From positions 2,176,001-2,240,000 of the forward strand of contig OZ257156.1 in assembly GCA_965279375.1 (NCBI GenBank): 64,000 bases of DNA, read 5' to 3'. The position numbers and the translations under genes were made by a program. Each line of letters starts with the position of its first letter. Position 1 is the first letter of the stretch. This stretch comes from Gemmatimonas sp. GTDB lineage: Bacteria > Gemmatimonadota > Gemmatimonadetes > Gemmatimonadales > Gemmatimonadaceae. Shown in pieces: positions 29,890-40,319 of this stretch. The notes beneath the pieces were generated by a model. It had not been told where the DNA came from. It made no database searches and worked only from the letters and a program-made list of their open reading frames with translations.

Positions 29890-30607
29890 CCTCCGCTCGC
29901 TTCGGCTGGCGCCTTGGCGCGTCGTTGAGTCGCAGCACGAAGTCTCCACGCGCAAACTCGTGGACAACGCCGCCGAGCAGTCGCTGTTGGAGGAGTTGGT
30001 AGATGGTGTGAAGCCGCCGGTGTCTGTGGGTGGCAAGCTGCACTATCTGCTGTTCACGCCCTTTCGCTATCCACCGCTCCGCTACGGCTCACGCTTTGGC
30101 GCGCGCCACGAACGCGGCATCTGGTACGGTGCAGAGCAACAGCGCACGGCCTTCGCCGAGGTCGCCTACTACCGACTGCTGTTTCTCGACGGCACGCACG
30201 CCGAGTTGGATGTACTCGCGACCGAGCTCACCGCATTCACTGTACGCATGCGCTCCGCCCGCGGGATCGATCTCGATGCACCGCCGTTCGCTGCGCATCG
30301 CGCAGTGCTCGCGTCACCTGTCTCGTACGTCGCCACGCAGCAGCTTGGCGCGGAGATGCGTGCCGCCGGCGTCGAGCTCTTTCGCTTCTCCTCCGCGCGT
30401 GACGCTGACGGTGGCACGAACGTGGGTGCCTTCACACCGGCGGTCTTTCATCAGGCGCAGCCTCAGCATTTCGAGCGCTGGCACTGCACGGCCACGCGAG
30501 ATCACTTGGAGCTGACACGCGGTGATCTCACACGAAAGCCAGACACGCATCACTTCCCGCGAGCGCAGTTTCTTGTGCACGGCGCACTCCCAAAGCCGGC
30601 CATCTAG
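29849..30607 (+). CDS. RES-domain toxin
   Basis: WRVVE, PFRYPP..YGSRF, GIWY, AEVAYY, F.SARD (R-E-S residues). Overlaps the antitoxin by 41 bp. Confidence 0.88.
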   Translation: MSSSIWMQCEGASNLRSLRLAPWRVVESQHEVSTRKLVDNAAEQSLLEELVDGVKPPVSVGGKLHYLLFTPFRYPPLRYGSRFGARHERGIWYGAEQQRTAFAEVAYYRLLFLDGTHAELDVLATELTAFTVRMRSARGIDLDAPPFAAHRAVLASPVSYVATQQLGAEMRAAGVELFRFSSARDADGGTNVGAFTPAVFHQAQPQHFERWHCTATRDHLELTRGDLTRKPDTHHFPRAQFLVHGALPKPAI

Positions 30608-30682
30608 TTGTCGACGTGCGGTTGCGGGCTCGAGGCGATACAATTGCGCAGCGCGTCTTCCCCTCTCAACGGAGCATGACGA

Positions 30683-31579
30683 ATGGGTGTTGTACGATGG
30701 ATCGGCCGCGGTGCAATTGGACTGGTCGGGCTTGTCGCCCTAACCGCGGGTGGCGTCTACGCGAAGTCCAGTCGGGATCTCTCGCGCAAAGGCACGCCGC
30801 CGAGTCGCCCCGCACCGACGATCCTCACCGATTCTGCGACGCTCGAGCGAGGGCACAAACTCACGACGGTCAACGGCTGCCGCGAATGCCACGGGGAAAA
30901 TCTCGGCGGCAAGGTGATGGCCGACGATCCGGCCTTCGCGCGACTCGTTGCACCCAACCTCACCAGCGGCGAGGGCGGGGTGCTGCCTCGCTACGACGAT
31001 CGTGCGCTCGACGCGGCCATACGTGATGGCGTGGGCGCGGACGGCCACAAGCTCTTCATCATGCCGTCGGCGGAGTTCGCGGGACTGGCCGACGCCGACG
31101 TCGCGGCCATCATCGCCGACATTCGCGCGAGTCCACCGGTGAATAACACGGTCCCGCCGCTCGAAGTGCGTCCGGTCGCTCGTGCGCTGATCGCCACGGG
31201 GGTGATCAAGTTCGGGTACGACGAAATCGATCACGCGCGCGCCCTGCTACCGGTTGCGCCGACGGGGGGCACGGTCGAACATGGTCGCTACATCGCGGCC
31301 GGATGTGTTGGGTGCCATGCCAAGGATTTCGGCGGCGGCGCGGTACCGGGCGCTCCCTCGGGCTCAAAGCCGTCGAGCAACCTGACGCCGAGTGGCAACG
31401 TCGGAAAGTGGACGCAGGCGGAATTCATTCGCACGTTCCGCGATGGCACACGGCCCGATGGCACGAAGCTCGATCCACTGATGCCGTGGCAGATTCTTGG
31501 CAAGTTGAGCGACGAAGAGTTGCGGGGCGTCTATCTGTACCTGCGTTCGCTGCCGCCGAAGGCTGTCGACTCGAAGTAG
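30683..31579 (+). CDS. Membrane-anchored dihaem cytochrome c
   Basis: CRECH and CVGCH, APNLT/SNLTP, MP axial-ligand motifs. Confidence 0.88.
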   Translation: MGVVRWIGRGAIGLVGLVALTAGGVYAKSSRDLSRKGTPPSRPAPTILTDSATLERGHKLTTVNGCRECHGENLGGKVMADDPAFARLVAPNLTSGEGGVLPRYDDRALDAAIRDGVGADGHKLFIMPSAEFAGLADADVAAIIADIRASPPVNNTVPPLEVRPVARALIATGVIKFGYDEIDHARALLPVAPTGGTVEHGRYIAAGCVGCHAKDFGGGAVPGAPSGSKPSSNLTPSGNVGKWTQAEFIRTFRDGTRPDGTKLDPLMPWQILGKLSDEELRGVYLYLRSLPPKAVDSK

Positions 31580-31610
31580 TCGCGGCGCGGTCGTCGCCTC
31601 GCGCGGTGGG

Positions 31611-33065
31611 TCAGCTCGCCTGCCGATCCGTTGGGAACGATGCTCGAAACACCGTGCGGCCGGGGCGCGATTCCGCCAACTCCAGGCGCCCCGCATGCAA
31701 CTCGGCAATGCGTCTGGCGATGGCCAGCCCTAACCCGGCGCCGCTTGTAGCGCTGTGCTCGGTCCGCGATCGGGCGGAGTCCACGCGGAAGAACCGCTCG
31801 AAGACGCGCTCGTGTGCGTCCGCTGGTATGCCCGGCCCTTCGTCTGCCACGTCGATCGTGTAACTATCGGCGGTGCGCGCCATCGACACGGTCACCGTGG
31901 TCCCACTCGGCGAGTACTTGATCGCGTTGTCGATCAGGTTGAGCACGAGCCGGCCGAGCAGGTCCGCGTCGCCATGGAATGGTGCTTCGACGATCTCGCC
32001 AAGCACGAGTTCCACACCGCGGGTGGAGGCGACCGAACGCACCGCACGCGTGGTGTCGTGCACCAACTCCTCAAGATAGAGTGTCGCGTGCCGCGCGACG
32101 AGATGCCCCGAGTCCGCGCGCGAGAGCAGGAAGAGGTCATCGACGATGCGGGTGAGCCGGCTCGCCGCGTCCTGGATGATCGTCACGGAGGCGCGATACT
32201 CGGACTCCGTGCGATGTTCTCGCGACAAGGTGACGTCTGCTTCGGTGCGCACGACTGCGGTTGGGGTGCGCAGTTCGTGCGAGGCATCGGTGATGAATCG
32301 ACGCTGACGATCGAACGACTGCTCCAGTCGATCGAGCAGTCCGTTGAAGACGCTGGCGAGCCCCATCAGTTCGGCGCCGCCGCCCACGGGCAGTCGCTCG
32401 TACATGTTGCTGGCGCTGATCTCGGCCGCGCGTGCCGTCATCGTGGAGACCGGGGCGAGACTGCGCTTGGCGAGGAAGTAGCCACCGGTCGCCGCCGATG
32501 CGAGCAGCAGCGGAATCGCGATGAGAAAGATCTGTCGAATCCGCGCGAGTACCTCCTCGATATCGCGAAGCGTATACGTGCCCGCGAGCGTGAAGTGCTG
32601 TGCGTCGATGACGAGCGGGCGAGAGACGACGCGGAAGTCGCCGTCGGCCAACGTTATCGTCAGTGTTTGCGGCGTAGCGACGTCGTGCGTGCGCAGCGCG
32701 CGAAGCAGTCGATCCTCGTCAACGGCTGTCGGGCGTCGCTCGGCCGCCGCGTAGTCGTCGCCAATGGCATTCATCGCCACCACGGCGCCGGTGGAATCGA
32801 GAATGGCGATGTGCAGTTCGCGAAAGCGCACCTCGGACACCGTGCTGCGCATTGCGTCGAGCGGAGTCCACGCGGCGCGTCGTTCGGCGACGAGTTCGCG
32901 GGAGAACGCGGTCAGTGCATCGCCGATGAACAAGTCTGTGCGGACCTGCAGTGAGCGCTCCACGACGACGTAGCAGACGACGGCGAACGCGACCAGCGGC
33001 AGCGCCAGCAGCATCGTGTACCACAGCGTCAGCCGCGACCGCAGCGAAGACGGCCACGACGTCAT
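31611..33065 (-). CDS. Sensor histidine kinase (2 TM, HAMP, HisKA, HATPase)
   Basis: ASHELRTP, NLIDNAIKY, DEGPGI, GAGLGL motifs. Confidence 0.95.
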   Translation of the reverse strand: MTSWPSSLRSRLTLWYTMLLALPLVAFAVVCYVVVERSLQVRTDLFIGDALTAFSRELVAERRAAWTPLDAMRSTVSEVRFRELHIAILDSTGAVVAMNAIGDDYAAAERRPTAVDEDRLLRALRTHDVATPQTLTITLADGDFRVVSRPLVIDAQHFTLAGTYTLRDIEEVLARIRQIFLIAIPLLLASAATGGYFLAKRSLAPVSTMTARAAEISASNMYERLPVGGGAELMGLASVFNGLLDRLEQSFDRQRRFITDASHELRTPTAVVRTEADVTLSREHRTESEYRASVTIIQDAASRLTRIVDDLFLLSRADSGHLVARHATLYLEELVHDTTRAVRSVASTRGVELVLGEIVEAPFHGDADLLGRLVLNLIDNAIKYSPSGTTVTVSMARTADSYTIDVADEGPGIPADAHERVFERFFRVDSARSRTEHSATSGAGLGLAIARRIAELHAGRLELAESRPGRTVFRASFPTDRQAS

Positions 33066-33083
33066 GCGGGTACCGTCATTCGG

Positions 33084-33794
33084 TCAGCTCTTGCGTCGAG
33101 GGGCCGTGCGCGATGCCGCGCTGTCAGGGGCCTCCAGCACGAACCCGCTGCCACGCAACGTGGTGAAGAGCGGGAGCTCCTCCCCCTCGTCGATCTTGCG
33201 CCGTACGCGACTCGCGTAGACGTCGATGATGTTGGAGAAGGTCCCCTTGCTGTCTTCCCAGACGTGCGTCATCAGCTCGGCGCGACTCACGACGCGACCG
33301 GCATTGCGCGCAAGGTAGAGGAGAAACGCAAACTCCTTGGCGGTCAGCGTGATCTCTCGCTCGCCGCGGCGCACCGCGTGACGTTTGGTGTCGATCACGA
33401 GATCGCCCACCGTGATCAGCGGTTGCAGGGTGTCCGAGTGGCGACGGGTGAGTGCGCGCAAACGCGCCAGCAACTCCCCAAAATCGAACGGCTTGGTGAG
33501 GTAGTCGTCAGCGCCGGCGTCGAGTCCCGCGATCCGCTGCTCCACGCTGTCGAGTGCGGTCAGCATCAGGATGGGCACGCGATCGCCTCGCTCTCGAATC
33601 GAGCGGCAGATCTCGATCCCGCTCACATCCGGCAGCAGGACATCGAGAATGATCGCGTCGAACACCTTGGTCTCCGCGAGCTGCTGGGCCTGCGGTCCGG
33701 TCGCCGCTTGCTCGACCGTGTAGGCGGCTTCGCGGAGCCCGCGCACGATGGAGGTGCGCAGCTGGCGATCATCTTCGGCAAACATGAGGCGCAT
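33084..33794 (-). CDS. OmpR-family response regulator
   Basis: EDD, ILDVLLP, GADDYLTKPF; winged-helix end TLRGSGF. Confidence 0.95.
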   Translation of the reverse strand: MRLMFAEDDRQLRTSIVRGLREAAYTVEQAATGPQAQQLAETKVFDAIILDVLLPDVSGIEICRSIRERGDRVPILMLTALDSVEQRIAGLDAGADDYLTKPFDFGELLARLRALTRRHSDTLQPLITVGDLVIDTKRHAVRRGEREITLTAKEFAFLLYLARNAGRVVSRAELMTHVWEDSKGTFSNIIDVYASRVRRKIDEGEELPLFTTLRGSGFVLEAPDSAASRTAPRRKS

Positions 33795-33860
33795 GCGTAC
33801 AAGCTACGCATGCGCCTGCAGTGTGCCTACTCGCGCCAGTGCGGCGCGGGCCGGTTCCAG

Positions 33861-34691
33861 CTAGGCCGCCGAGCCGACTTCCTCGACGGGCGCTGGCTGC
33901 GTGGCGCGGATCCCCGGGCCGATGGTGAGCCAATCGGTGCGGGCGCGGTCCCATTCCTGGATGATGACGCCGTAGCGCTCGAACAGGCGTCGGATCTGCA
34001 CCGGGCCGTATTCCAGCAGTTCCTCGAGCACGGGCACGAGCACGCTGATCGCGTCGTCGCTGATGATCGTGCGGCGGGCGATCTGGGCGATGCGGCGCGC
34101 CTCGGAGGCGGCGATGGTCAGCCCCTCGCCGCGGTTCACGTGCAGCATCACATGCAGGTCACTGGACCCATCGCCAACGTAAATGACCCGCTCCGCCGGG
34201 ACACCGAGCCGAGCGCGCAGCTGATCGACCTCGGCGACCTTCCCAAACCCAGCCGGGACGCGCGCGATCGATTCAATCTCACCACTGCCGTGATTATAGC
34301 CGAATTGTGTGCCGATGATGTTCTCTCTTGGCACCAGTCCTTCGAGGGCCGAGTGCACCACGTCCTCGGGCGCGGCCGACACCACGAAGAAGTCGAAGGT
34401 GGCCTCGTCGATCCCGTCGGCCAAGGCGCGCGTCAGCAGGGCGATGTTGCGCTTGAGCCGGATCTGCTTGCCCACCGCGATCAGGTGCTCGCGGCGAACC
34501 CGACGATACTCCGGGTCGTGTCGAAGCAGATACGAGAGCTCGGCGCCTTCCTGCACCAGGTTGAGCCCGGAGAGCGACGCCACCTTGGCCCCGAACCCAC
34601 CAATGCCCAGCATGTCGCTCAGGACGTGTCCCGAGTCGTTGAAGCTGAGCGTCTGATCGAAGTCACTCACCAACAGATAGTGCTTACGCAT
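33861..34691 (-). CDS. HAD-superfamily phosphatase (phosphoserine phosphatase/MtnX-like)
   Basis: DFDQT motif I, VSAA motif II, K, GDGSSD motif IV. AGGAGG Shine-Dalgarno before ATG at 34691. Confidence 0.85.
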   Translation of the reverse strand: MRKHYLLVSDFDQTLSFNDSGHVLSDMLGIGGFGAKVASLSGLNLVQEGAELSYLLRHDPEYRRVRREHLIAVGKQIRLKRNIALLTRALADGIDEATFDFFVVSAAPEDVVHSALEGLVPRENIIGTQFGYNHGSGEIESIARVPAGFGKVAEVDQLRARLGVPAERVIYVGDGSSDLHVMLHVNRGEGLTIAASEARRIAQIARRTIISDDAISVLVPVLEELLEYGPVQIRRLFERYGVIIQEWDRARTDWLTIGPGIRATQPAPVEEVGSAA

Positions 34692-34766
34692 ACGTCCTCC
34701 TGACGTGTGGCGCTCGTGTTCAGACCAACCACGACCACCGAGACGAGCTCCGCCGTTCCATCGCAC

Positions 34767-34804
34767 AAAAAACCCCCGCGTCCGGTGCTGCTGGGAGGCG
34801 GGGG
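34767..34804 (-). terminator. Intrinsic terminator within the 5' leader of the HAD gene
   Basis: Minus strand reads CCCCCGCCTCC-loop-GGACGCGGGGG-TTTTTT. Confidence 0.75.
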
Positions 34805-34910
34805 CGACACCGGCGATGCGCACGGGGAGCGGAACACTGCTCAGGGCGTCATCGTGATGCGGCTATGGATACGAGCGGGACGGGGCTCAATCGGCGAACC
34901 CCGCTTACGA

Positions 34911-34939
34911 ACCGTAGGAGGGGCGACAGGCGATGTCAA
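34911..34939 (-). promoter_or_regulatory. Sigma70-type promoter for the HAD leader
   Basis: Minus strand TTGACA-N17-TACGGT. Confidence 0.65.
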
Positions 34940-34963
34940 TGGAACGGTTGCGCTGTGACGAGC

Positions 34964-36124
34964 TCAGTACTTGTCAGTGGCAGGATGAAACGTGCGCCAG
35001 CTGTGCCAGAATTCCTGACTGGCATTGAGTGACACCAGTGTGCCAGATGCCCCTTTGCCCGTCAGCGAGTAGCTCGCCGTCGGCGTGACAAGCGAGTCGC
35101 CGCGCAGTTCGAATCGCGCGGCGGTGTCCGGGCGAACAAACGCGAAGAAGCTCGTGCTGTCGGGGCTCAGCACCAAAACAATGGGCGTACCGCCAACGTC
35201 GTCCTGCACCAGACGTTCGCGACGAAGCCGGTTCCAATCGTAGGCCTTGCTGGCGTTGCCGACCGCGAGTCCAACCACCCACGACTTGTCGTGCCACGAC
35301 GCGGTGTCGGTGCCGGTGAGATCCTTGCGGCTCGTGCCACGCTCGTATGCGTAGTCCTTGCTGTATTCGTCGGCGAACGTGGAGTCGGCCTGCATGATCA
35401 GGCTGTTCGGATACAGCGCGAGCCACTGACGCAGCGTCACCTGTCGCGTGGGCAACTCCGGCAGCGTCGTTCCCTTGCGCGGCCCCGTGATCGCTTCGCC
35501 GTTGGCCTGTCGCCACCAACTGCCGGTTGTCGCGTCCTCGAACATGGCGTTGAACTGGTCCATGCCTACCAGGCGAAACGTCTCCGGCACGCCGTTGACC
35601 GCCGGCGTGAAGATGCGGCCGGTGCGACAGACGGTGCAGTAGCTGACGAGGATAGGCTCACCGCCAATGCTGTCGCGCACCTGATGGTGGTAGCCGATGT
35701 ACTGCAGCGGATAGGCGCGCGCCTCGCCATTTCGCTCGATGCCCACCACGAGCCGGTCGAGCGCGACCTTGTTCTGCGCGCTGGGCACCATGGCAACGAC
35801 GGTCGGCTGCAGGAACATGTGGTCGGCCGACATCTGGAAGTTGAACGCGTACGTCACGCCAGCAACCAGCAGCAGCGCCATCGGTGCCAGCCAACGCTTG
35901 AATCCGGTCGCACCAAACGCGGGCAGAAACCAGAACAGGATCATGCCGCCGAACAGACCGCGCAACGGCCAGCGCCAGCCGTAGATCAGGTAGGCGTAGT
36001 CGATACTGCGCATGCGCTGACTGCCAGGCATCGGCATGATGAAGTAGACGTTCGCGATCTCGAGCGCGAGCAAACCGACAATGCCAATCCAGAAAATCGA
36101 ACGACGCGAGGCAAGTGATGACAT
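34964..36124 (-). CDS. DUF3179-domain membrane protein
   Basis: EARAYP, YHH.V.D, YCTVCRTG, D..TGS.W.Q..GEAI.GP, FWHSW..FHP motifs; three N-terminal TM segments. Confidence 0.82.
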   Translation of the reverse strand: MSSLASRRSIFWIGIVGLLALEIANVYFIMPMPGSQRMRSIDYAYLIYGWRWPLRGLFGGMILFWFLPAFGATGFKRWLAPMALLLVAGVTYAFNFQMSADHMFLQPTVVAMVPSAQNKVALDRLVVGIERNGEARAYPLQYIGYHHQVRDSIGGEPILVSYCTVCRTGRIFTPAVNGVPETFRLVGMDQFNAMFEDATTGSWWRQANGEAITGPRKGTTLPELPTRQVTLRQWLALYPNSLIMQADSTFADEYSKDYAYERGTSRKDLTGTDTASWHDKSWVVGLAVGNASKAYDWNRLRRERLVQDDVGGTPIVLVLSPDSTSFFAFVRPDTAARFELRGDSLVTPTASYSLTGKGASGTLVSLNASQEFWHSWRTFHPATDKY

Positions 36125-36155
36125 GGATCGAATACGGTAGGGTGAAGACGGATTG

Positions 36156-37775
36156 CTACTTCAAGATGCCTTTCGTCTGCGCGGCGAGCGCCAGCGCAAC
36201 GCCATTGCTCCAGCCAAAGCCGTCCTGCGTGGGGTACTCGCCGCCGCCGGCGGCGCGGTTGGGATCGGTGACGTCGTACTTCTCGGTCATCTTGCCGCTC
36301 GTCGCATACACGCGCCGATTGAGCGCAAGCCATCGCTCACGCGCTCCGTCAGCGAGATCTCCACGGCCGTAGCGACGTACACCTTCCATGCCGAGCCACT
36401 GCAGCGGCGGCCAGCCGTTGGGCGCGTCCCACTGCTGACCGGACGCCACGAGCGTAGTGACGAATCCGCCGGACTTGAGAAAGTCCTTCTCCAATCGCGC
36501 CGCGACCGCGCGCCCCTGCTCAGCTGTCGCCACGCGGAAGTAGAGCGGTGCGGCTGCGGCCATCGTTGGGCGCGTGCGTTCGGGAGTTCCTGTACGCCAC
36601 CGCACGTCGTAGAAGAAGCCGTTGCTGAAGGCATATCGGCGCAGCGCATCGCGACGCTTCAGGGCGGCCGCTTCGAACGATGCGCTTCTTGCCGCGTCGC
36701 CCGTGCCGTTCCGCTTGCGCAGCAAGGCGGCGATGGTGCGCTCCGCATGATACAGCAAACTGTTGAGATCGACCGGCGCGAGCTCGATCGTTTCGAGTGT
36801 GCGCAAGTCCTTCGCGTCGCGCATCCAGCGGCTCGAGAAATCCCAGCCACTTTCGGCCGCCGCGCGAATGTTGGTGTAGAGCGCGCGCTGTGCAGTTGGC
36901 GTCAGCGATTCAGCGAGTCGAAAATCCTCGCGATACGATTCCGGTCGCGGTGTGGGCAGGTCGTCGTAGTAGCGATTGAGCAGCGTACCATCGCGCAGGC
37001 GTACCACTCGGCGGTATGCGTTCCCGGGTTTCACGCGCGGTGCGCCGTCCATCCAGAAGTCATGCTCGCGCAGCATCGCGTCGAGATACGGCAGTGCCTT
37101 CGCGCTGTCGGTGGCATCGGCGTAGAGGCCAACCATCGCGGCAAAGAACGGCGGCTGGCTGCGACTGAGGTAGTAGCTGCGATTGCCGTTGGGAATGTGG
37201 CCGACCGTCGTGATGAGATGCGCGAAGTTGTCGAGCATGTGCTTCACGAGGTCGGTGCGCTTGCTCTCCACCAGCCCAAGCATCGTGAAGTACGAATCCC
37301 AGTAGTACACCTCGCGAAAGCGGCCACCCGGCACGACGTACGGATTGGGAAGCGGCAACAGCGACGACCGTGCATCGACGCTGTCCTTCGCGCGCGTGAG
37401 CACGGGCCAGAGCGATGTGATGTGCTGCTCCATGCTCTCGCCGCCCTTGGTGACGACGTCGCCACCGACTGCCTTGGGCGCTTCGAAGTTGCGCGCCACG
37501 AAGTCGCGCAGGGCAAAGCCGGGCGTGGACCGTTCCGCGCGATAGCGCTCGACGATGGCCGCCGGATCGGAGAGCGGTCGCGCATCGACGAACGTCTTGC
37601 TGTCGGGAAAGAGTTGCGCGAGCTGAATGTCGTGGAAGAGCGTGCCGAGATCGCGCGCAGGATCGTACGCGGCGCGGAATGACTGTGCGCGCTGCGCCTG
37701 CGCCGACGACGACAGGCACACGCCGAGGAGAACGGCGCTGACAGTGCCCGCGAGGCGAGTGGACGCGCGGCGCAT
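36156..37775 (-). CDS. treA: Exported alpha,alpha-trehalase (GH37)
   Basis: DSKTFVD, PGGRFREVYYWDSY, RSQPP, AESGWDFSSRW, QWDAPNGWPP, QDGFGWSNG motifs. Signal peptide. Confidence 0.95.
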   Translation of the reverse strand: MRRASTRLAGTVSAVLLGVCLSSSAQAQRAQSFRAAYDPARDLGTLFHDIQLAQLFPDSKTFVDARPLSDPAAIVERYRAERSTPGFALRDFVARNFEAPKAVGGDVVTKGGESMEQHITSLWPVLTRAKDSVDARSSLLPLPNPYVVPGGRFREVYYWDSYFTMLGLVESKRTDLVKHMLDNFAHLITTVGHIPNGNRSYYLSRSQPPFFAAMVGLYADATDSAKALPYLDAMLREHDFWMDGAPRVKPGNAYRRVVRLRDGTLLNRYYDDLPTPRPESYREDFRLAESLTPTAQRALYTNIRAAAESGWDFSSRWMRDAKDLRTLETIELAPVDLNSLLYHAERTIAALLRKRNGTGDAARSASFEAAALKRRDALRRYAFSNGFFYDVRWRTGTPERTRPTMAAAAPLYFRVATAEQGRAVAARLEKDFLKSGGFVTTLVASGQQWDAPNGWPPLQWLGMEGVRRYGRGDLADGARERWLALNRRVYATSGKMTEKYDVTDPNRAAGGGEYPTQDGFGWSNGVALALAAQTKGILK

Positions 37776-39139
37776 CAGTGTCCCGCTCGCGCCGCCGGTG
37801 CGCTGGCGCTCCCGTCGTTACTCTTGGCCACCGTCACGAAGGCACAGGCCACGGCGGCGCAGCCGAGCAGCGCGCCCGCCAATCGGATGACATTCGCGGG
37901 ATTGCTACCCAGCAGCGGCTCGTAGAAGAACGGGAGCGAGACGTTCTGGATGAGCATTGGAATGACGATGAACATGTTGAAGACGCCCATGTACACGCCG
38001 ACGCGATCCTTGGGGATGGAGTCCGAGAGCATCACATACGGATTGCCCATCATGCTGCCCCACGCGAGGCCGATGCCGAGCATGGGCACAAAGAGCAGGG
38101 CACGGCTCTGAATGGACGGAATCGCGAGCATCGCCGCCGATGCGGCCACCAGCGCGATGACGTGCATCCACTTGGCACCGATGCGGCGCGTGATGGGCAC
38201 CATCGCGAACGCCGAGATGAACGCGATGAAGTTGTAGAATGCGCCGACCTGTCCCGTGACGAGCCCCGCTTCGCGAAAGCCCGGCGAGAGGGGATCCTTG
38301 GTGCCGAAGAGCGTGAGCGCGAGCGCCGGCGAGATGTAGATCCAGTAGCAGAACATGGCGTACCACTGGAAGAACATGAGCACGGCCATCTGCCGCATCG
38401 TTGACGGCATGTCGCGGAACGCTTCGGCGATCTCCTTGAGTGTGTTGCCGATTCCTCTGGGCATCGCCTGAATGCGGGCGCGCTCGTCGGCGGTGAGCGG
38501 CAGTTCAGGGGTCGTCTTGACGGACCAAAGAATGGAGAGAATCGAGAACGCGGCGCCCATCAGGAAGGCGAGCATCGTGATGGTCGGGATGCCGCGATCG
38601 TTCACGGCGTCGCGGTTCATGCCCATGAACACGAGCAGCGACGGCGTGATGTATGAGAGTGTTTGCCCCAACCCCGTGAAGGCGCTCTGCGTGAGGAAAC
38701 CGAGCGATGTCTGCGTGCCGTCGAGGCGATCGGAGACGTAGGCGCGGTACGGTTCCATCGTGATGTTGTTGGCCGCGTCGAGAATCCAGAGAATGCCGGC
38801 GGCCATCCAGAGCGATCGGCTGAACGGCATCGCGAAGAGCGAGAGCGAACAGAGAATCGCGCCGATGAGGAAGTACGGTGTGCGTCGCCCGCGCGGGCTC
38901 AGCGTGCGATCGCTCATCGCGCCAACGATGGGCTGTACGATGAGCCCCGTGATCGGACCGGCGAGATAGAGGAACGGCAGACTCGCTTCGTCCGCTCCCA
39001 GATAGCGGTAGATTGGGCTCATGTTCCCCTGCTGGAGCCCAAAGCTGTACTGGATTCCGAAGAATCCGATGTTCATGTTGACGATCTGGGAGAACGAGAG
39101 CAGCGGTCTCGTCGGCGTCACGGCGGCGGGTTTGTTCAT
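37775..39139 (-). CDS. MFS sugar transporter (maltose/sucrose GPH-like)
   Basis: About 12 TM segments; [31 protein letters not shown] motifs. Stop overlaps the trehalase start. Confidence 0.9.
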   Translation of the reverse strand: MNKPAAVTPTRPLLSFSQIVNMNIGFFGIQYSFGLQQGNMSPIYRYLGADEASLPFLYLAGPITGLIVQPIVGAMSDRTLSPRGRRTPYFLIGAILCSLSLFAMPFSRSLWMAAGILWILDAANNITMEPYRAYVSDRLDGTQTSLGFLTQSAFTGLGQTLSYITPSLLVFMGMNRDAVNDRGIPTITMLAFLMGAAFSILSILWSVKTTPELPLTADERARIQAMPRGIGNTLKEIAEAFRDMPSTMRQMAVLMFFQWYAMFCYWIYISPALALTLFGTKDPLSPGFREAGLVTGQVGAFYNFIAFISAFAMVPITRRIGAKWMHVIALVAASAAMLAIPSIQSRALLFVPMLGIGLAWGSMMGNPYVMLSDSIPKDRVGVYMGVFNMFIVIPMLIQNVSLPFFYEPLLGSNPANVIRLAGALLGCAAVACAFVTVAKSNDGSASAPAARAGH

Positions 39140-39163
39140 GGGCAATTTTCGCGTGAGGCAGCA

Positions 39164-40309
39164 GTGGATGTCCAGAGTGGGCGAGACGACGAGGCCGTAG
39201 CGCTCCTGCGCGCGTTGAGCGGCCCCGACGGCATTCATGCATCGTTGTCTGCGACAGCGAATTATCGGGCGGTGTTTGCGCGGGACGCGGTGATGGCGGG
39301 AACGGCGGGGCTGCTGCTGGGCGATCCGATCGTCACGCAGGGGCTCGTGCGAACGCTCGAACGGTTACGCGACTTGCAGGGGCCGGCGGGGCAGATCGCG
39401 TCCAACTTCGAAATCCATCCGGACCGCGCGCCTCACGTCAGCTTTGGCACCCTCGCGCCGCGCATCGATTCGGCGACGTGGTACCTGCTGGGCATTGCGT
39501 TCGGTGCTCAGGAGGGTGTGCTCGACGCGGAGGCCTTTCGGGGGTCGGCCCGCGCGGTCGTGCACCTGCTGGACGGCATCGAGTATAACGGTCGGCACCT
39601 GCTCTACATCCCCACGGGCGGGAACTGGGCCGACGAGTACATCTACGACGGCTATATCCTGTACGATCAGGTGCTGCGCGCCTGGGCGCTACGGTTGTTG
39701 GCCACCACGTACAACGAGCCGACCTGGCGCACCAAGGCCGAGCAGATCGGCGCGGCGATCGAGTCACGCTACTGGCTCGACCCGGCACGTGAGCGTGGGC
39801 ATCCTGCCGCCTCGCTGTCACCGATCGGGTCGCAGGACATGTTCGACCTGGCGGCCTGCAGCCTGCTGGCCCTGTCCGGGGTGGCACCCAAGCTCGCGTC
39901 GGCGGCGCTCGACTGGATCGACGAGACCTTTCTGTCGCACGCCAAGTTGCCGCCCGCCTTTCACCCAGTCATCGACGAGCAGAGTCCCCTCTGGCCGGCG
40001 CTCCGTCGCTACCACCTGCACGACTTCCGAAACGCGCCGCACGAGTACCACAACGGCGGCATCTGGCCGATCTGGCTGGGGTGGCTGTCGCTCGCGCTCT
40101 CGCATACGGGGCGTGCTTCCGAGCTGGAGCGGTTGTGCACCGTGGCCGATGAAGCTTTGCGCGACGGTGCGCCGTATGCATTCGAGGAGTACCTGCACGG
40201 CCAGACCGGCGAGCCGGCCGGCACGCAGCGCATGGCGTACTCCGCGACCGGCATGGTCTTCATGCGGCGCGCGGCACTGCCCGACACTCTACAGTTCTTT
40301 TCCGCGTGA
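39164..40309 (+). CDS. GH100 (alkaline/neutral invertase)-like six-hairpin glycosidase
   Basis: NYRAVFARD, GQIASN, RIDSATWY, YHNGGIWP, EEYLHG.TG, AYSA parallel the invertase motifs. No signal peptide. GTG start approximate. Confidence 0.7.
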   Translation: MDVQSGRDDEAVALLRALSGPDGIHASLSATANYRAVFARDAVMAGTAGLLLGDPIVTQGLVRTLERLRDLQGPAGQIASNFEIHPDRAPHVSFGTLAPRIDSATWYLLGIAFGAQEGVLDAEAFRGSARAVVHLLDGIEYNGRHLLYIPTGGNWADEYIYDGYILYDQVLRAWALRLLATTYNEPTWRTKAEQIGAAIESRYWLDPARERGHPAASLSPIGSQDMFDLAACSLLALSGVAPKLASAALDWIDETFLSHAKLPPAFHPVIDEQSPLWPALRRYHLHDFRNAPHEYHNGGIWPIWLGWLSLALSHTGRASELERLCTVADEALRDGAPYAFEEYLHGQTGEPAGTQRMAYSATGMVFMRRAALPDTLQFFSA

Positions 40310-40319
40310 GGACGCGCGC

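Noticed and set aside
34800..34850. CACGGGGAGCG resembling part of a ZTP (pfl) riboswitch
   Set aside because: It is on the plus strand with no downstream plus-strand gene, and the other conserved elements are missing.
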